Shown here: positions 62,700 to 64,000 of the stretch, in pieces
How positions within the stretch are numbered: the stretch's first letter is position 1
Layout of the letters: each line of letters opens with the position of its first letter
DNA from: Pristiophorus japonicus
Lineage: Eukaryota
Reading direction: 5' to 3'
Length of the DNA stretch: 64,000 bases
NCBI RefSeq assembly: GCF_044704955.1
Contig: NW_027252889.1
Span: 248,001-312,000 of the forward strand
Position numbers and translations under genes: made by a program
Notes under the pieces: model-generated
Told to the model about the DNA's origin: nothing
Databases searched by the model: none
Seen by the model: only the letters and a program-made list of their open reading frames with translations

Positions 62700-64000
62700 A
62701 ATCTAACTGAATTATGATCACTAACACCAAAATGCTCTCCCACTGATACCCCTACCATCTGTCCAGCATCATTCCATAAAACTAAGACCAGAACCGCCCC
62801 TCTCTTGTTGGGCTTGCTACGACTGACTAAAAACGTTCTGCTGAATGCATTTTATGAATTCTGCACCCTCTGTACGTTTTACACTGATTCTATCCCAGTT
62901 CATGTTAGGGTAGTTGAAATCCCCTATTGTTTTTGCACTTCTCAAAAATGTGCTTATATTTGCTCTTGTATCTTCCTCTGACGATTTGGGGGTCTATAGT
63001 ACACTCCCAGCAGTGTGATTGCCCCTTTTTTGTTCTTCAGTTCAACCCATAAGGCCTCATTTGATGATCTTTCTAACGTATTATCCCTCCTCACAGCTGT
63101 AATTGTTTCCAATATTGCGAGTACCCCTTCCATTTTTTATCCCCCTCTCTATCTCGTCTGAAAATCCTGTAACCAGGAATGTTTTGCTGCCATTCGTGGC
63201 AAGTAGAATCAGGGACAACCCAAAGATGTTTTATAAATACATTAAGAGCATGAGGATAACTAGAAAAGGAGTGGGGCCTATTAGATACCATAAAGTAAAT
63301 CTGTGTGTGGAGGCAGAAGATGTGGGTATGATTCTTAATGAATATTTTGCATCTGTTTTCACAAAAGAGAGGAGCGATGAAGACTTTGCAATGAAGGAGG
63401 AGGAGTGTGAAATATTAGATGAGATAGACATTGTGAGAAAGGAAGTATTAAGGGGCTTAACAACTTTGAAAGGGGATAAATCCCCAGGCCCGGATGAAAT
63501 GTATCCCTGTTAAGAGAAGCAAAAGAAGAAATAGCAGAGGCTCTGACCATCATTTTCCAATCCTCTCTGGCTACAGGTGTGGTACCAGAGGACTGGAGGA
63601 TTGCTGATGTTGTACCTTTGTTTAAAAAGGGAGAAATGGATAGACCAAGTAATTACAGGCCAGTCAGTCTTAACTCAGTGTTGGGAAAAATCCTGAGGGA
63701 CATGATAAATCTTCATTTGGAAAGACAGGGATTAATCAAGGATAGTCAGCACGGATTGGTTAAGGGAAGGTCATGTCTGACTTACTTGATTGAATTTTTT
63801 GAGGAGGTAACGAGGAGGGTCAAAGAGGACAGAGTGTATGATGTAGTGTATATGGATTTTAGCAAAGTTTTTGATAAGATCCCACATGACAGACTGGTCA
63901 CGAAAGTAAAAGCCCATGGGATCCAGGGCAAAGTGGCAAGTTGGATCCAAAATTGGCTCATAGGCAGGAAGCAATGGGTAATGGTTGATGGGTGTTTTTG
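62700..64000. mobile_element. CR1 fragments: endonuclease (minus, to about 63195) and RT (plus, from about 63196)
   Basis: NIPGYRIFRRDR on minus; NPKMFYKYIK, KSPGPDEMYP and NYRPVSLNS on plus. Confidence 0.85.

Overview
Eukaryotic, repeat-dense vertebrate DNA. The repeat families (CR1, L2, RTE, Tx1, Gypsy, Harbinger, Deu-type SINEs, palindromic Penelope-like repeats) suggest a cartilaginous fish; that is inference, not a database match. Most listed ORFs are transposon fragments or antisense shadows. Two host transcription units are hidden among the repeats and are not resolved by the ORF track. (1) A plus-strand immunoglobulin-superfamily receptor gene at about 30.8-38.5 kb. It has a germline-joined V+J exon (30770-31123, intact), a decayed C1-like exon split by a MITE, a second VJ exon (35664-35998, frameshifted), a transmembrane exon (36141-36275) and two cytoplasmic exons carrying YENI and YANQ tyrosine motifs. 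The V1, V2, TM and cytoplasmic splice phases are mutually compatible and there are no RSS, so this looks like a non-rearranging antigen-receptor-like molecule with its own signalling tail. No leader exon was found. (2) A minus-strand multi-exon unit running from a CpG-island promoter at about 56.9 kb (E2F, CHR-like, CCAAT and GC boxes) down to about 9.7 kb. Its exons are broken by stops and frameshifts but, from recall only, resemble the OB-fold protein RADX in collinear order. The two units are interleaved on opposite strands. Other features: hammerhead-ribozyme cores in the Penelope-like repeats, a structured 3' module on three CR1 copies, twin-priming-type inversions in a CR1 and an RTE, two minisatellites born inside TEs, and a 217-N assembly gap inside the receptor gene.
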